A stretch of 64,000 nt of DNA from Acidilobaceae archaeon (lineage in GTDB: Archaea > Thermoproteota > Thermoprotei_A > Sulfolobales > Acidilobaceae): contig JAOAKH010000007.1 in the NCBI GenBank assembly GCA_026413755.1, forward strand, positions 1,403-65,402, read 5' to 3'. The notes under the pieces were generated by a model. The model was not told the origin of the DNA. It did no database searches and worked only from the letters and a program-made list of their open reading frames with translations. Below, piece by piece: positions 51,891-60,674 of the stretch (position 1 is its first letter; every line of letters begins with the position of its first letter). Position numbers and translations under genes: made by a program.

Positions 51891-53417
51891 CTAAAGATAC
51901 CTGTGAGCAAGCTCCTGCAGGCTCTCTGAGACCAGCTCTATGTTCTCCGGAGAGGTTATGGTGAAGGGGATGACGTCCTTTATGGAAGGGAGGCCAGTTA
52001 TGGCCATCATCAGCCTGTAGAGCCCTATGCCTATGCCTCCTGTTGGGGGGAGGCCGTACTCCAGGGCCCTCACGTAGTCCCTGTCCATTGGGTGAGACTC
52101 AGCCTCCAGGGCCTTCCTCAGCTCCTCCTCCTCCTTGAAGAAGTAGTACTGGAGAACCGGGTTGTTGAGCTCCGAGTAGCCGTTAGCCACCTCTAGCCCC
52201 GCTATGTATAGCTCGAAGCGCTCTGCAAAGCGGGGGTCCTGCCGGGAGGGCCTAGCTAGGGGGCTTATGTCCCGCGGGAACATGGTCACGAAGGTGGGGT
52301 TCCTTAGCCGCGGCATAGCGACCTTCTCGAATATCTTCTCCATGATCTTCCCTGCCCTCGGATCTCTTGCCTCCACGCCGAGCCTCCCCGCGAGCTCCTC
52401 CAGCTCCTCCCTGCTCATGTCCCTCACCCTCGTCTTCAGGGCCTCCTCTATTGCCTCCACCATGTTCACTCTGGGCCAAGGTCTAGAGAAGTCGAGCACG
52501 GTCCCGTCCTCCCTCTCCACGCGGTAGCTGCCGTAGAGCGCCCTCACGGCCTCTGCTATTAGCTCCTCGCCCAGGCTCATCATGTCCTCCCAGTCCGCAA
52601 AGGCTTGGTAGGCCTCCAGCTGCACGAACTCAGGGTAGTGGGTGGCGTCTATGTCCTCGTTCCTGAAGGAGACGGCTATCTCGTAGACCTTGAAGAGCCC
52701 CGCCACCACGAGCCTCTTGAGGTAAGTCTCGGGCGCTATGCTTAGATATACTGTCCTATCTAGCGCGTTTATCTTCGTTACGAAGGGCTTTGCCAGGGCG
52801 CCGCCGTATATGGGCTGGAGCTTCGGCGTGTGGACTTCAATAAAGCCCTTCTCGTCCAAGATCCTCCTCATCTCCCTCTCCACCTTGTAGAGGCCTACGA
52901 TGGCGCCCCTCACGCGCGAGTTCAACATTATATCGAGGTACCTCTCCCTATAGCGCTGCTCAGGGTCCTTAACGCCGAACTCGTGGAAAGGTATGGGCCT
53001 CCAAGCAATGGATAGGATCTCTATCTCCTCCGCCAGCACAGATATCTCCCCTGTCTTTGTCCTGATCACCCTCCCCTTTGCCCCCACTATGTCGCCCTTG
53101 TCCAGGAACTTCAACGTCCTGGACAGCCTCTCGCTCCTCTCCGCTATGTCCCTCCTCACCACCAGCTGGATCCTCCCGCTCTCGTCCCTCAGGTCCATGA
53201 AGGTGATGCCGCCGTGCCTCCTCACGTGCCAGAGCCTGCCCGCAACGCTGACCCTGTGCTCGGTCTCCTCGCCCGGCTGGAGGTAGGAGAACTTAGCCTT
53301 CAGCTCCTCAGCCTTGGCGGTGACCTCGTAGCGGTAGGCGTTAACGTATGGGTCTAGCCCCTCCTCTGCCAGGGCCTTTATCTTCTGCAGCGTCTCCTCT
53401 GGGTTCAACGGCCTCAC
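51891..53417 (-). CDS. lysS: lysine--tRNA ligase, class II
   Basis: OB-fold region VSVAGRLWHVRRHGGITFMDLRDESGRIQLVV. Class II motifs FRNEDIDATHYPEF, FELYIAGLEVANGYSELNNP and GGIGIGLYRLMM. Confidence 0.9.
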   Translation of the reverse strand: MRPLNPEETLQKIKALAEEGLDPYVNAYRYEVTAKAEELKAKFSYLQPGEETEHRVSVAGRLWHVRRHGGITFMDLRDESGRIQLVVRRDIAERSERLSRTLKFLDKGDIVGAKGRVIRTKTGEISVLAEEIEILSIAWRPIPFHEFGVKDPEQRYRERYLDIMLNSRVRGAIVGLYKVEREMRRILDEKGFIEVHTPKLQPIYGGALAKPFVTKINALDRTVYLSIAPETYLKRLVVAGLFKVYEIAVSFRNEDIDATHYPEFVQLEAYQAFADWEDMMSLGEELIAEAVRALYGSYRVEREDGTVLDFSRPWPRVNMVEAIEEALKTRVRDMSREELEELAGRLGVEARDPRAGKIMEKIFEKVAMPRLRNPTFVTMFPRDISPLARPSRQDPRFAERFELYIAGLEVANGYSELNNPVLQYYFFKEEEELRKALEAESHPMDRDYVRALEYGLPPTGGIGIGLYRLMMAITGLPSIKDVIPFTITSPENIELVSESLQELAHRYL

Positions 53418-53489
53418 CGGGAGAGGGAGGGCTTAGGGGCTTATATTGAATTAATAAGGCCCCGCGGGAAGAGAAGAGAGGGAAAGGCC

Positions 53490-53678
53490 ATGTGCGTCGG
53501 CGCTAGGGGAGAGGAGACCTACCTCTTCGACGAGGCGAGGAGGGCATACAAAGAGGGCAACCTGGAGAAGCTGAAGGACATCAGGGAGAGGCTAATGGAC
53601 ATGAGGGCCTCCCCCGAGGTCCTCTACACGGTAAACAAGATGATAGAGGAGCTCCAGGCCCGTCAGAAGGCGCGGTAG
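53490..53678 (+). CDS. small hypothetical protein (62 aa)
   Basis: ATG start and a helical, charged sequence. Its 3' end overlaps the convergent gene by 16 nt. Confidence 0.3.
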   Translation: MCVGARGEETYLFDEARRAYKEGNLEKLKDIRERLMDMRASPEVLYTVNKMIEELQARQKAR

Positions 53679-54574
53679 TTCCTCGGCTTAGCCACGATCA
53701 CCTCCCCCCTCAACCCTATTTCCCTCATGAGGTGCCTTATCATGCTGGCGTCCCCGCTAGCCGAGCTCTCCTCAGTTATGGTGTAGAGCGTGGGCCCCCA
53801 GCTGGACTGAGCCACTATTACCCCGTCCTTGTAGAGCTCCCCCACTAGCTGCTGGAGGTCTCTCCTGTATGCCCCTCCCTGCGAGCGCGAGAAGTACATC
53901 CCCGTCCCCAGCTGCACCTCCCTCAGCCCCTCGAGCGCCTCCCGGAGCTCCCCTCTCGCGATCCCTGCGGCCAGCCTCAAGGCCCCCCTGCTCATGAGCA
54001 GCTCTGCCCTCTCGTCGACCTTCCACTGCTCCCTCATGAAGCCTTCCTCCCTCTCCGCGAGGCCGGGTGGCAGCTGAGGCATTATTATGAGAAACCTCCA
54101 GGTCTCAGGAATGGGCAACCTCACGAGGGCCCGCGGGCCCTGGGGGTCGGGGACGCCTGCGTCCATCACGAAGCCCCCAAGCGCGAAGAGCAGAGTCCCC
54201 GCGCCGCTTACCGTGGCCCGCCCAATCCTCCTCGCGGCCTCAATGGGGTCGAAGGGCCTCGCAAGAGCCCTCGCTGCAGCAAGGGCGGAGAGCAGCAACG
54301 TCTGCGTGGTGCTCCCCAGCCCCACGTGGCGAGGGAGGGACTCCTTGAGCTCTAGGCATGCCGTGAGCCCCAGTGCCCTCAGCGCCCTCGCAGCCTCCTC
54401 TCTTAGATCGCCGAAGCCCCTCAGCTCCAGCTCGCCGCAGTCCTCCGCGCGCACCACTACCCGAGGCGGCTCTGCGTAGAAGCCTATGCTACCCCAGCGC
54501 CCGCCCGCTATAGTGTGAAAACCGCCGTGAAGCCTTGCGCCGGCAGAGGCCTCTATCACGTTGCTCCCCTGCAA
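53663..54574 (-). CDS. GHMP-kinase-fold protein, beta-ribofuranosylaminobenzene 5'-phosphate synthase family
   Basis: N-terminal ARLHGGF...GGRWGSIGF and the GHMP motif LPRHVGLGSTTQTLLLSALAAARAL. Confidence 0.6.
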   Translation of the reverse strand: MQGSNVIEASAGARLHGGFHTIAGGRWGSIGFYAEPPRVVVRAEDCGELELRGFGDLREEAARALRALGLTACLELKESLPRHVGLGSTTQTLLLSALAAARALARPFDPIEAARRIGRATVSGAGTLLFALGGFVMDAGVPDPQGPRALVRLPIPETWRFLIIMPQLPPGLAEREEGFMREQWKVDERAELLMSRGALRLAAGIARGELREALEGLREVQLGTGMYFSRSQGGAYRRDLQQLVGELYKDGVIVAQSSWGPTLYTITEESSASGDASMIRHLMREIGLRGEVIVAKPRNYRAF

Positions 54575-54725
54575 AATAAACTGGAGGGGTTAAATTCCGC
54601 TGGAGTAGATCCCATGAAGGAAGCCTTTCAGGCCTTCAGCTATGTGTTGAGTGCTATCCCTCTCTCTCCCCGCCCTATTCCCCTAAAGGTAAGGGGAGCT
54701 CTATGCTCCTCTCTCGGGAAGTCGC

Positions 54726-54938
54726 GTGAGGCTCGTGACGGTAAAGATGCCGGAGCTCTACGTGAAAGGGGTGGACGAGCTGGTTAAGGCAGGCAGGTAC
54801 TCCAGCAGGAGCGAGGTAATCCGGATAGCCGTGAGGGAGCTGCTGCGGAGGGAGCTCTGGGGCTCAACGTTCAGACACGAGGTGCTGCCCGGTAGGGTAG
54901 AGGCAGAGGCTCCCTTCGAGCTGCCGGAGGAGGCTTAG
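54726..54938 (+). CDS. CopG/ribbon-helix-helix DNA-binding protein
   Basis: MRLVTVKMPELYVKGVDELVKAGRYSSRSEVIRIAVRELL is the classic beta-alpha-alpha RHH pattern. Confidence 0.7.
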   Translation: MRLVTVKMPELYVKGVDELVKAGRYSSRSEVIRIAVRELLRRELWGSTFRHEVLPGRVEAEAPFELPEEA

Positions 54939-55000
54939 TTGTAACGCTTTTTAGGGCTTCCCCCCACCCCTTTTTACGGGAAAGAGCTCGGGGTGCCAGC

Positions 55001-55219
55001 TTGAGCAAGATCGCCCTCTGTCCAAGGTGCAAAACTGAGATGAGATATGTGACTGAGGTCGGACGCAGCAACGGCAGCAAGCAGGTGTTCAGGTACTACT
55101 ACTGCCCAGCCTGTAGCCTGCGCCTCCTCGACGAGAGCTTTAGGGTAACGATAGATGGAGAGGCGGTGGTCATTCGCTTTAGCCAGGGCAGCAGGAGGCC
55201 TATTGTGGTGGGACGGTGA
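55001..55219 (+). CDS. small zinc-ribbon protein
   Basis: CPRC...CPAC pairs about 34 aa apart. TTG start. The stop overlaps the next start (GTGA). Confidence 0.55.
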   Translation: MSKIALCPRCKTEMRYVTEVGRSNGSKQVFRYYYCPACSLRLLDESFRVTIDGEAVVIRFSQGSRRPIVVGR

Positions 55220-55824
55220 GAGCCTTTTTCTCCCAGCTAAGGGAGGCACTCAGGGCCACGCCCGACTCCGCCTTTGTTGCCCGCAGGCTCTTCTTCACAA
55301 ACTCCATAGACGGCATAGTATCTGCAATAGGGGTGAACGTCGGGGCCTTTGACGTGGGCGTGAGGCCCCTCTCGATGGCGCTGGCTATCCTGGGCGGCAG
55401 CATAGCCTTCGGCGTTGCGGCCGGCTTCCTCGGCGCGCTGCTGAGCGAGAGGGCTGAGAGGATCAGGGAGGTGAGGGATTTGGAGAGGGCGCTGGGCGGA
55501 AGCCTCAGGGGGTCGGTGTACTGGAGGGCAGCGCTGGTGGTGCCAGTATACGTGGCCTTCTGGAGCTCACTCGGCATATTGCTCTTCCCCCTGCTAGTGG
55601 CTTCCCCCTACTTCCTCTCCCACTGGGGGCTCCTGGGGATTTTGGAAGCGTACGTGCTCTCCAACGTGCTGGCCGTTTTGGCACTCTCCTTCGTAGGGGC
55701 CCTCCTCTCGCGGGTGAGCGGCGAGAGCCCCCTCCTCTCGTCCCTCCGCGCAGTGCTTCTAGGCCTAGGCGCTCTCCTGCTGGTGTACTCAATAAAAAGG
55801 GTCTTGATTGGGTTAGCGGTCTAG
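55216..55824 (+). CDS. membrane protein, possibly VIT1/CCC1 (Fe/Mn transporter) family
   Basis: FTNSIDGIVSAIGVNVGA ... ILGGSIAFGVAAGFLGALLSERAE resembles the VIT-family N-terminal pattern. 4-5 TM. Confidence 0.45.
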   Translation: MRAFFSQLREALRATPDSAFVARRLFFTNSIDGIVSAIGVNVGAFDVGVRPLSMALAILGGSIAFGVAAGFLGALLSERAERIREVRDLERALGGSLRGSVYWRAALVVPVYVAFWSSLGILLFPLLVASPYFLSHWGLLGILEAYVLSNVLAVLALSFVGALLSRVSGESPLLSSLRAVLLGLGALLLVYSIKRVLIGLAV

Positions 55825-55828
55825 CGTG

Positions 55829-56026
55829 CTAACGGGTGAAATAGTAAACTACTGCTGCAAGTATTAGCAACAAGACGGTGGAGATGGGGGAGAATGGGCA
55901 ATGGGCATCATAGCCTAGGAAGCTCTCTTCCTCCTCCAAGTCGGGAAGGAGCGTAACAAGGGCCAGCAGTATGAGCACTAGGATTATGTGACTCCTGTAC
56001 TTCTTTACGGTCTCCACTTTTGTCAC
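55829..56026 (-). CDS. small two-TM protein, paralogue A
   Basis: MTKVETVKKYRSHIILVLILLALVTLLP..EESFLGYDAHCPFSPISTVLLLILAAVVYYFTR has the same architecture and motifs as 56315-56512. Confidence 0.5.
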   Translation of the reverse strand: MTKVETVKKYRSHIILVLILLALVTLLPDLEEEESFLGYDAHCPFSPISTVLLLILAAVVYYFTR

Positions 56027-56314
56027 CGAGTATATAATATATTTGTGACTTATATATTTTCTATATAAGAAACCCCTGTCCTTATGAGGGAGAGGAGTGG
56101 ACGCAGGAATATGAATTGACAGTATGGCGGCTAGCTGCTCTAGGTCTCAGAGAGATTCCCAAGCCATCACGTGCCCACGGACGCCAGCAGAGACCTAGAG
56201 GGGAGGTCGTCCATGATAGAGGAGTCGCTGCTGAAACGCTGAGTAGCCGAGCTATGGAGCTATGTGTATGGCCTGGTAAAAAACTCAAGGAAAAAGGGAA
56301 ATGCTTGTGCCTCC

Positions 56315-56512
56315 TCAGCGAGCTACATAATATATGACGAGTGCCACTGCCAAAGTGATAATCGTAGCAATGGGTGCCCAAGGACAGAGTGACTGGTAGC
56401 CGAGGAAGTTCTCCTTCTCGGAGTAGCCCGGTACGAGAGTGAGTATGGCGAGGATCACGAGGAGGCCAACGATGTACAACTTATACTTCTTCAAGGCCTC
56501 CATTGTGTTCAC
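56315..56512 (-). CDS. small two-TM protein, paralogue B
   Basis: MNTMEALKKYKLYIVGLLVILAILTLVP..KENFLGYQSLCPWAPIATIITLAVALVIYYVAR. The motifs KKY, TL(L/V)P, FLGY, CP and YY..R are shared with paralogue A. Confidence 0.5.
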   Translation of the reverse strand: MNTMEALKKYKLYIVGLLVILAILTLVPGYSEKENFLGYQSLCPWAPIATIITLAVALVIYYVAR

Positions 56513-56713
56513 CTGTTCGCACTATATATCCTTCTGCAGCCTATTATTTATTAGCTATATATTTCTATGGCCTATTACATTACTATTCATTACATCACGA
56601 CCTCGAAATACGTGCTGCGCCTGCTTTGCCCTTGCTTTAGCGAAGGGCGAAGAGGCGAAGAATATATAGAAGAATATATACTTATCGGAGAGCCAAGGCC
56701 TTGGGTAGAGGCC

Positions 56714-57712
56714 TTGCGGGCAGTTGTGGTGGGCGGCATAGGGCATTTAGGCCCGAGCCTCGTGGACCTCCTGCGAGAGCTAGGTCACGAGGTAATTGTG
56801 GCTAGCAGGAGGGAATCTGAGAAGAAGAAGCCGCTGATAGCAGCTTACTTGCAGAAGAGAGGGGCGAAGCTGGCGCTCTTCCCACGCCTAGAGGAGGGAG
56901 CCCTCGCGGAGCTCGCGGGGGATGTCTACTTCTACCTTGTGGGAAAGTTCACGGGCAGCCTCCAGGAGTTCAGGGAGGGCAACGTAACGCTCCTGGAGGA
57001 GACTGCGAGGGCAGCTGCCAGGAGCGGCTCGAGGGTCGTTTACTTGAGCAGCGTAGCGGCCGTGGTGGGCATCAAGGGGTTGAAGCCGGGGAGCGTGGTT
57101 TACGAGGAAGAGGAGCACCTCTCTATGGAACGTGACCCCAAGAGCTTCTACGAGATCACGAAGGCAGAGGGGGAGAGGGCTCTGATCAGGATGGGGAAGG
57201 AGCTGAAGGGCAAGTGGAGTATACTGAGGCCGGGGATCTTCCTGGGCCCCTGGGGTCATCACGCCATCTGGAGATACTCGCGCAGGTCCCTCTCCCTGCG
57301 CCTAGCCCCGTTCTTCGGCGTGGGGCTGCCTGTGGTTGACGTGAGGGACGTGGCGGAGGTGCTGATAGAGGCCGGCGAGGGCAAGTACGATGGCATGTGG
57401 CTACACGTGGTGTCTCCATACTACCCTGACGTAGGGGACCTGATCATGGAGGGCTGCAGGTACCTGAAGCGGTCCTGCCTTGCCCTCCCTCTCTCCCCCC
57501 TGGGCAAGGCGGTCATAGCGCTCTCGCCCATAGCCGCCTCGCTGGCCCCAAAGGGCTCCGCCCTCTCGTTAGCGCTTAGCTGGCTGAGGTTTCGCTACAA
57601 GTTCGCCTCTAGGGTGCTGAAGAGGGAGTGGAGGGACGTGAGAGATATGGTGTGGGGGCTCCTCGAGTGGCAGGACTGGGCCGCGCGAGCTGGTGCCGCG
57701 GCCGGGATTTGA
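56714..57712 (+). CDS. NAD-dependent epimerase/dehydratase (extended SDR)
   Basis: I trimmed the start to TTG 56714, which gives (M)RAVVVGGIGHLGPSLV (Rossmann GxxGxxG). YEITKAEGE supplies the YxxxK motif. The 3' end overlaps tRNA-Glu antisense by 22 nt. Confidence 0.75.
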   Translation: MRAVVVGGIGHLGPSLVDLLRELGHEVIVASRRESEKKKPLIAAYLQKRGAKLALFPRLEEGALAELAGDVYFYLVGKFTGSLQEFREGNVTLLEETARAAARSGSRVVYLSSVAAVVGIKGLKPGSVVYEEEEHLSMERDPKSFYEITKAEGERALIRMGKELKGKWSILRPGIFLGPWGHHAIWRYSRRSLSLRLAPFFGVGLPVVDVRDVAEVLIEAGEGKYDGMWLHVVSPYYPDVGDLIMEGCRYLKRSCLALPLSPLGKAVIALSPIAASLAPKGSALSLALSWLRFRYKFASRVLKREWRDVRDMVWGLLEWQDWAARAGAAAGI

Positions 57713-57768
57713 ACCCGGGTCACGGGCTCGAAAGGCCCGCATACTGGGCCTGGCTATACTACCGCGGC
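57691..57768 (-). tRNA. tRNA-Glu (UUC), CCA encoded
   Basis: The manual fold is GCCGCGG UA GUAU AGCCAGGCCCA GUAU G CGGGC CUUUCGA GCCCG UGAC CCGGG UUCAAAU CCCGG CCGCGGC A CCA. A TATA-like ATAAAAG lies about 27 nt upstream. Confidence 0.9.
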
Positions 57769-57804
57769 CCCTGCAAGAAGGGAGGCAAGGGGCTTTTATG
57801 CTTT

Positions 57805-57906
57805 TGGAGCCGGGGCCGGGATTCGAACCCGGGAGATAACGGGTCTCCACGATGGGCCAAAGGGCTCACTGCAGCCCGCCGCCTTAGACCGCTCGGCCAC
57901 CCCGGC
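57805..57906 (-). tRNA. tRNA-Cys (GCA) with a 24-nt intron at the canonical 37/38 position, CCA encoded
   Basis: Acceptor stem GCCGGGG/CCCCGGC with discriminator U73, the Cys identity element. Anticodon stem GCGGG...CCCGU encloses CUGCAG-[UGAGCCCUUUGGCCCAUCGUGGAG]-A. T arm CCGGG UUCGAAU CCCGG. The intron spans 57845-57868. My fold leaves a 6-nt variable region, which is slightly unusual. Confidence 0.75.
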
Positions 57907-57995
57907 ACCGCTATTTAGAGGAGGGGAGGGCTTATAGCTCTTACACGTAAGCGGGCGTAAGGCCCTAAGCTCTTTACCTTTCACAGCAGTCTAGC

Positions 57996-60674
57996 TTGGA
58001 GATCTGCGTGAAGCTCCAAGAGCTCTTTGGGGAGATAGAGACCTATGCGGGAAGGGCTAGGATCGTGGACCTTCGCAAGGCCTCGCTCATCGGAGCCGAC
58101 ATCTCCTCCCTCCCCTTCTCCATAAGGGTGCTCCTCGAGAACGTCGTCAGACGCTTCGACGGCTTCAGCGTGAGAGAGGAGGACGTGGAGGCAGTGGCGA
58201 GGTGGCCTGAGTTCGCGGGGAAGAAGGAGGTGCCGTACTATCCCGAAAGGGTCATAATGCAGGACTTCACAGGCGTCTCTGCAATACTGGACCTAGCCGT
58301 GATAAGGGAGGCCTTCGCAAAGGCAGGCAGAGACCCCGCAGAGGTGAACCCAGCAGTTCCCGTAGACCTCATCATAGATCACAGCGTGCAGGTGGACTAC
58401 TTTGGCACGAGGTTCGCTTTCGCCCTTAACATAAGGAAGGAGTACGAGAGGAACGCAGAGCGCTACAGGCTCTTCAAGTGGGCCCAGAGGGCCTTCAAGA
58501 ACTTCCGAGTGGTGCCGCCTGGCAAAGGAATCATTCACCAAGTGAACCTCGAGTACCTGGCAAAGGTGGTCTGGCTGCGCGAAAGGGGAGGGGCGCTGTG
58601 GGCATACCCAGACAGCCTGCTGGGCACAGACAGCCACACGCCAATGGTAAACGCCCTAGGGGTCTTCGGCTGGGGCGTAGGCGGCGTTGAGGCTGAAGCT
58701 GTCGTCCTCGGCGAGCCCAATTACATCCTCCTCCCTGAGGTCATGGGCATAAGGCTCGAGGGGGAGCCAAGGGAGGGGGTAACGGCTACCGATATAGCGC
58801 TCTACCTCACGGAGTTCATAAGAAAGAGGGGCGCCGTAGGGAAGTTCGTGGAGTTCTTTGGGCCGGGCGCTAAGAAGCTCTCGGTACCCGACAGGGCCAC
58901 CATAGCCAACATGGCGCCGGAGTACGGTGCTACCATGGGCTTCTTCCCCATAGACGAGAAGACGATCAGGTACTTGCTGCTTACGGGGAGGCCGGAGGAG
59001 CACGTGGCCTTCGTTGAGGCATATGCCAAAAGAGTCGGGTTGTGGTACGAAGCGGAGGAGCCAGAGTACAGCGAGCTCCACGTCGTGGACCTCAGCGAGG
59101 TGGAGCCGAGCATAGCAGGGCCTGCAAACCCGGAGGACAGGATACCGCTGAGAGAGGCGAAGAGAAGGCTGGGGGAAACCCTGGCGGTCCTCAAGAAGCA
59201 GAGGACAAAGGTCACCGTAGAGCTAGACGGCCAGCAGGCCCTCGTGGAGGACGGGATGGTAGCCATTGCCTCTCTCACTAGCTGCACCAACACCAGCAAC
59301 CCCACCCTCATGATAGCTGCAGGCCTCCTGGCGAAGAAGGCAGTGGAGAGGGGGCTAAAGGTCAAGCCCTGGGTGAAGACGAGCAACGCGCCGGGCAGCA
59401 GGGCCATAATAGAGCTCTGGGAGAGGAGCGGCCTGTTGCCATACCTAGAGGCCCTCGGCTTCCATGTGGTTGGCATAGGGTGCATGACATGCATAGGCAA
59501 CAGCGGCCCCCTGCCGCAGAAGGTGGAGGAGGCCATAAGGAAGGGAGACCTATACGCGGTAGCTGTGCTCAGCGGCAACAGGAACTTTGCAGGCAGAATT
59601 CACCCGCTCACGAAAGGGAGCTTCCTCGCCAGCCCGCCGCTCGTCATAGCTTACGCTTTGGCTGGCAGAGTTGATATAGACTTCGAGAGCGAGCCCCTGG
59701 GCTACGATCCAAACGGCATGCCCGTCTACCTTAGGGACATATGGCCTAGCTCGGAGGAGATAGCTGAGGTGCTGGAGAGGAGCCTGGATCCCTCGGTCTT
59801 CAGAGAGAAGTACAAGGACATCTTCGAGGGCGACGAGAACTGGGAGAAGCTGGAAGCCCCGACGGGCCTCCTTTACGAGTGGGGAGAGGGAGTCATGATT
59901 AGGAGGCCTCCCTTCCTCGACGACTTCGCCCTAGAGCACAGGCCTCCAAGCGACATAGCGGGAGCTCGGGTGCTGGTCTGGGCTCCAGATCGCACCAATA
60001 CAGATCACATCAGCCCTGCCGGTAGGATAGCAGAGGGCTCGGAGGCAGCAAAGTTCCTCAAGGAGGCGAGCAAAGTGGACGCGGCTAAGATGGGCCTCAC
60101 CTTTGGCAGCATGAGGGGGAACCACGAGGTCATGGTGAGGGGCACCTTCGATAGCCCTGGCTTCAGGAACAAGCTGGTAGACAGGCTCGGCGCCTGGACG
60201 ATCTATTGGCCAACAGGCGAGATAATGCACATGTACCACGCCTCCCGGCTCTACGGCCAGTCCGGCACGCCGCTGCTGATCTTAGCGGGGAAGCAGTACG
60301 GGGCCGGCAGCAGCAGGGACTGGGCAGCTAGGGGGCCCTACCTCCTTGGCGTGAGGGCAGTAATAGCGGAGAGTTACGAGAGGATCCACAGGAGCAACTT
60401 GGTCTGTATGGGCATCCTGCCGCTAGAGTTCATGCCGGGCGAGAGCGCGGAGAAGCTGGGGCTCAGGGGGGACGAGGAGTTCGACATCCTCGGCCTAGAG
60501 GACATAAGCCCGGGGAAGGTGTTAGAGGTGGTGGCAAGGAGGAAGGACGGGAGCGCCGTGAGGTTCAAGGTCAAGGCTAGGCTCGACACGCCAGTTGAGG
60601 TAGAATACTTTAAGCACGGCGGGATACTCAAATATGTGTTGAGAAAGATGCTTAGCGCGAGAACTTCTCCATGA
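57996..60674 (+). CDS. acnA: aconitate hydratase (AcnA/IRP type)
   Basis: MQDFTGVSAILDLA, DSHTPMVNALGV, SCTNTSNP, GCMTCIGNSGPL and GSSRDWAA motifs. About 890 aa. Confidence 0.92.
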   Translation: MEICVKLQELFGEIETYAGRARIVDLRKASLIGADISSLPFSIRVLLENVVRRFDGFSVREEDVEAVARWPEFAGKKEVPYYPERVIMQDFTGVSAILDLAVIREAFAKAGRDPAEVNPAVPVDLIIDHSVQVDYFGTRFAFALNIRKEYERNAERYRLFKWAQRAFKNFRVVPPGKGIIHQVNLEYLAKVVWLRERGGALWAYPDSLLGTDSHTPMVNALGVFGWGVGGVEAEAVVLGEPNYILLPEVMGIRLEGEPREGVTATDIALYLTEFIRKRGAVGKFVEFFGPGAKKLSVPDRATIANMAPEYGATMGFFPIDEKTIRYLLLTGRPEEHVAFVEAYAKRVGLWYEAEEPEYSELHVVDLSEVEPSIAGPANPEDRIPLREAKRRLGETLAVLKKQRTKVTVELDGQQALVEDGMVAIASLTSCTNTSNPTLMIAAGLLAKKAVERGLKVKPWVKTSNAPGSRAIIELWERSGLLPYLEALGFHVVGIGCMTCIGNSGPLPQKVEEAIRKGDLYAVAVLSGNRNFAGRIHPLTKGSFLASPPLVIAYALAGRVDIDFESEPLGYDPNGMPVYLRDIWPSSEEIAEVLERSLDPSVFREKYKDIFEGDENWEKLEAPTGLLYEWGEGVMIRRPPFLDDFALEHRPPSDIAGARVLVWAPDRTNTDHISPAGRIAEGSEAAKFLKEASKVDAAKMGLTFGSMRGNHEVMVRGTFDSPGFRNKLVDRLGAWTIYWPTGEIMHMYHASRLYGQSGTPLLILAGKQYGAGSSRDWAARGPYLLGVRAVIAESYERIHRSNLVCMGILPLEFMPGESAEKLGLRGDEEFDILGLEDISPGKVLEVVARRKDGSAVRFKVKARLDTPVEVEYFKHGGILKYVLRKMLSARTSP

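Noticed and set aside
56082-56381. ORFs of 99 aa (-) and 73 aa (+) in the spacer between the two small TM paralogues.
   Set aside because: They overlap each other. The translations are low-complexity or Cys/Arg-rich with no start context, and I could not support either one. The spacer may instead be non-coding or regulatory.
57805-57906. Class II (Ser/Leu) tRNA interpretation of the 102-nt tRNA-like sequence.
   Set aside because: No stable long variable arm could be drawn. The stem GCGGG/CCCGU enclosing CUGCAG...A, together with U73, fits tRNA-Cys with a canonical intron.
58802-59578. 258-aa minus-strand ORF, with several shorter ones nearby.
   Set aside because: It is antisense to aconitase, which is unambiguous. 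No motifs are present.
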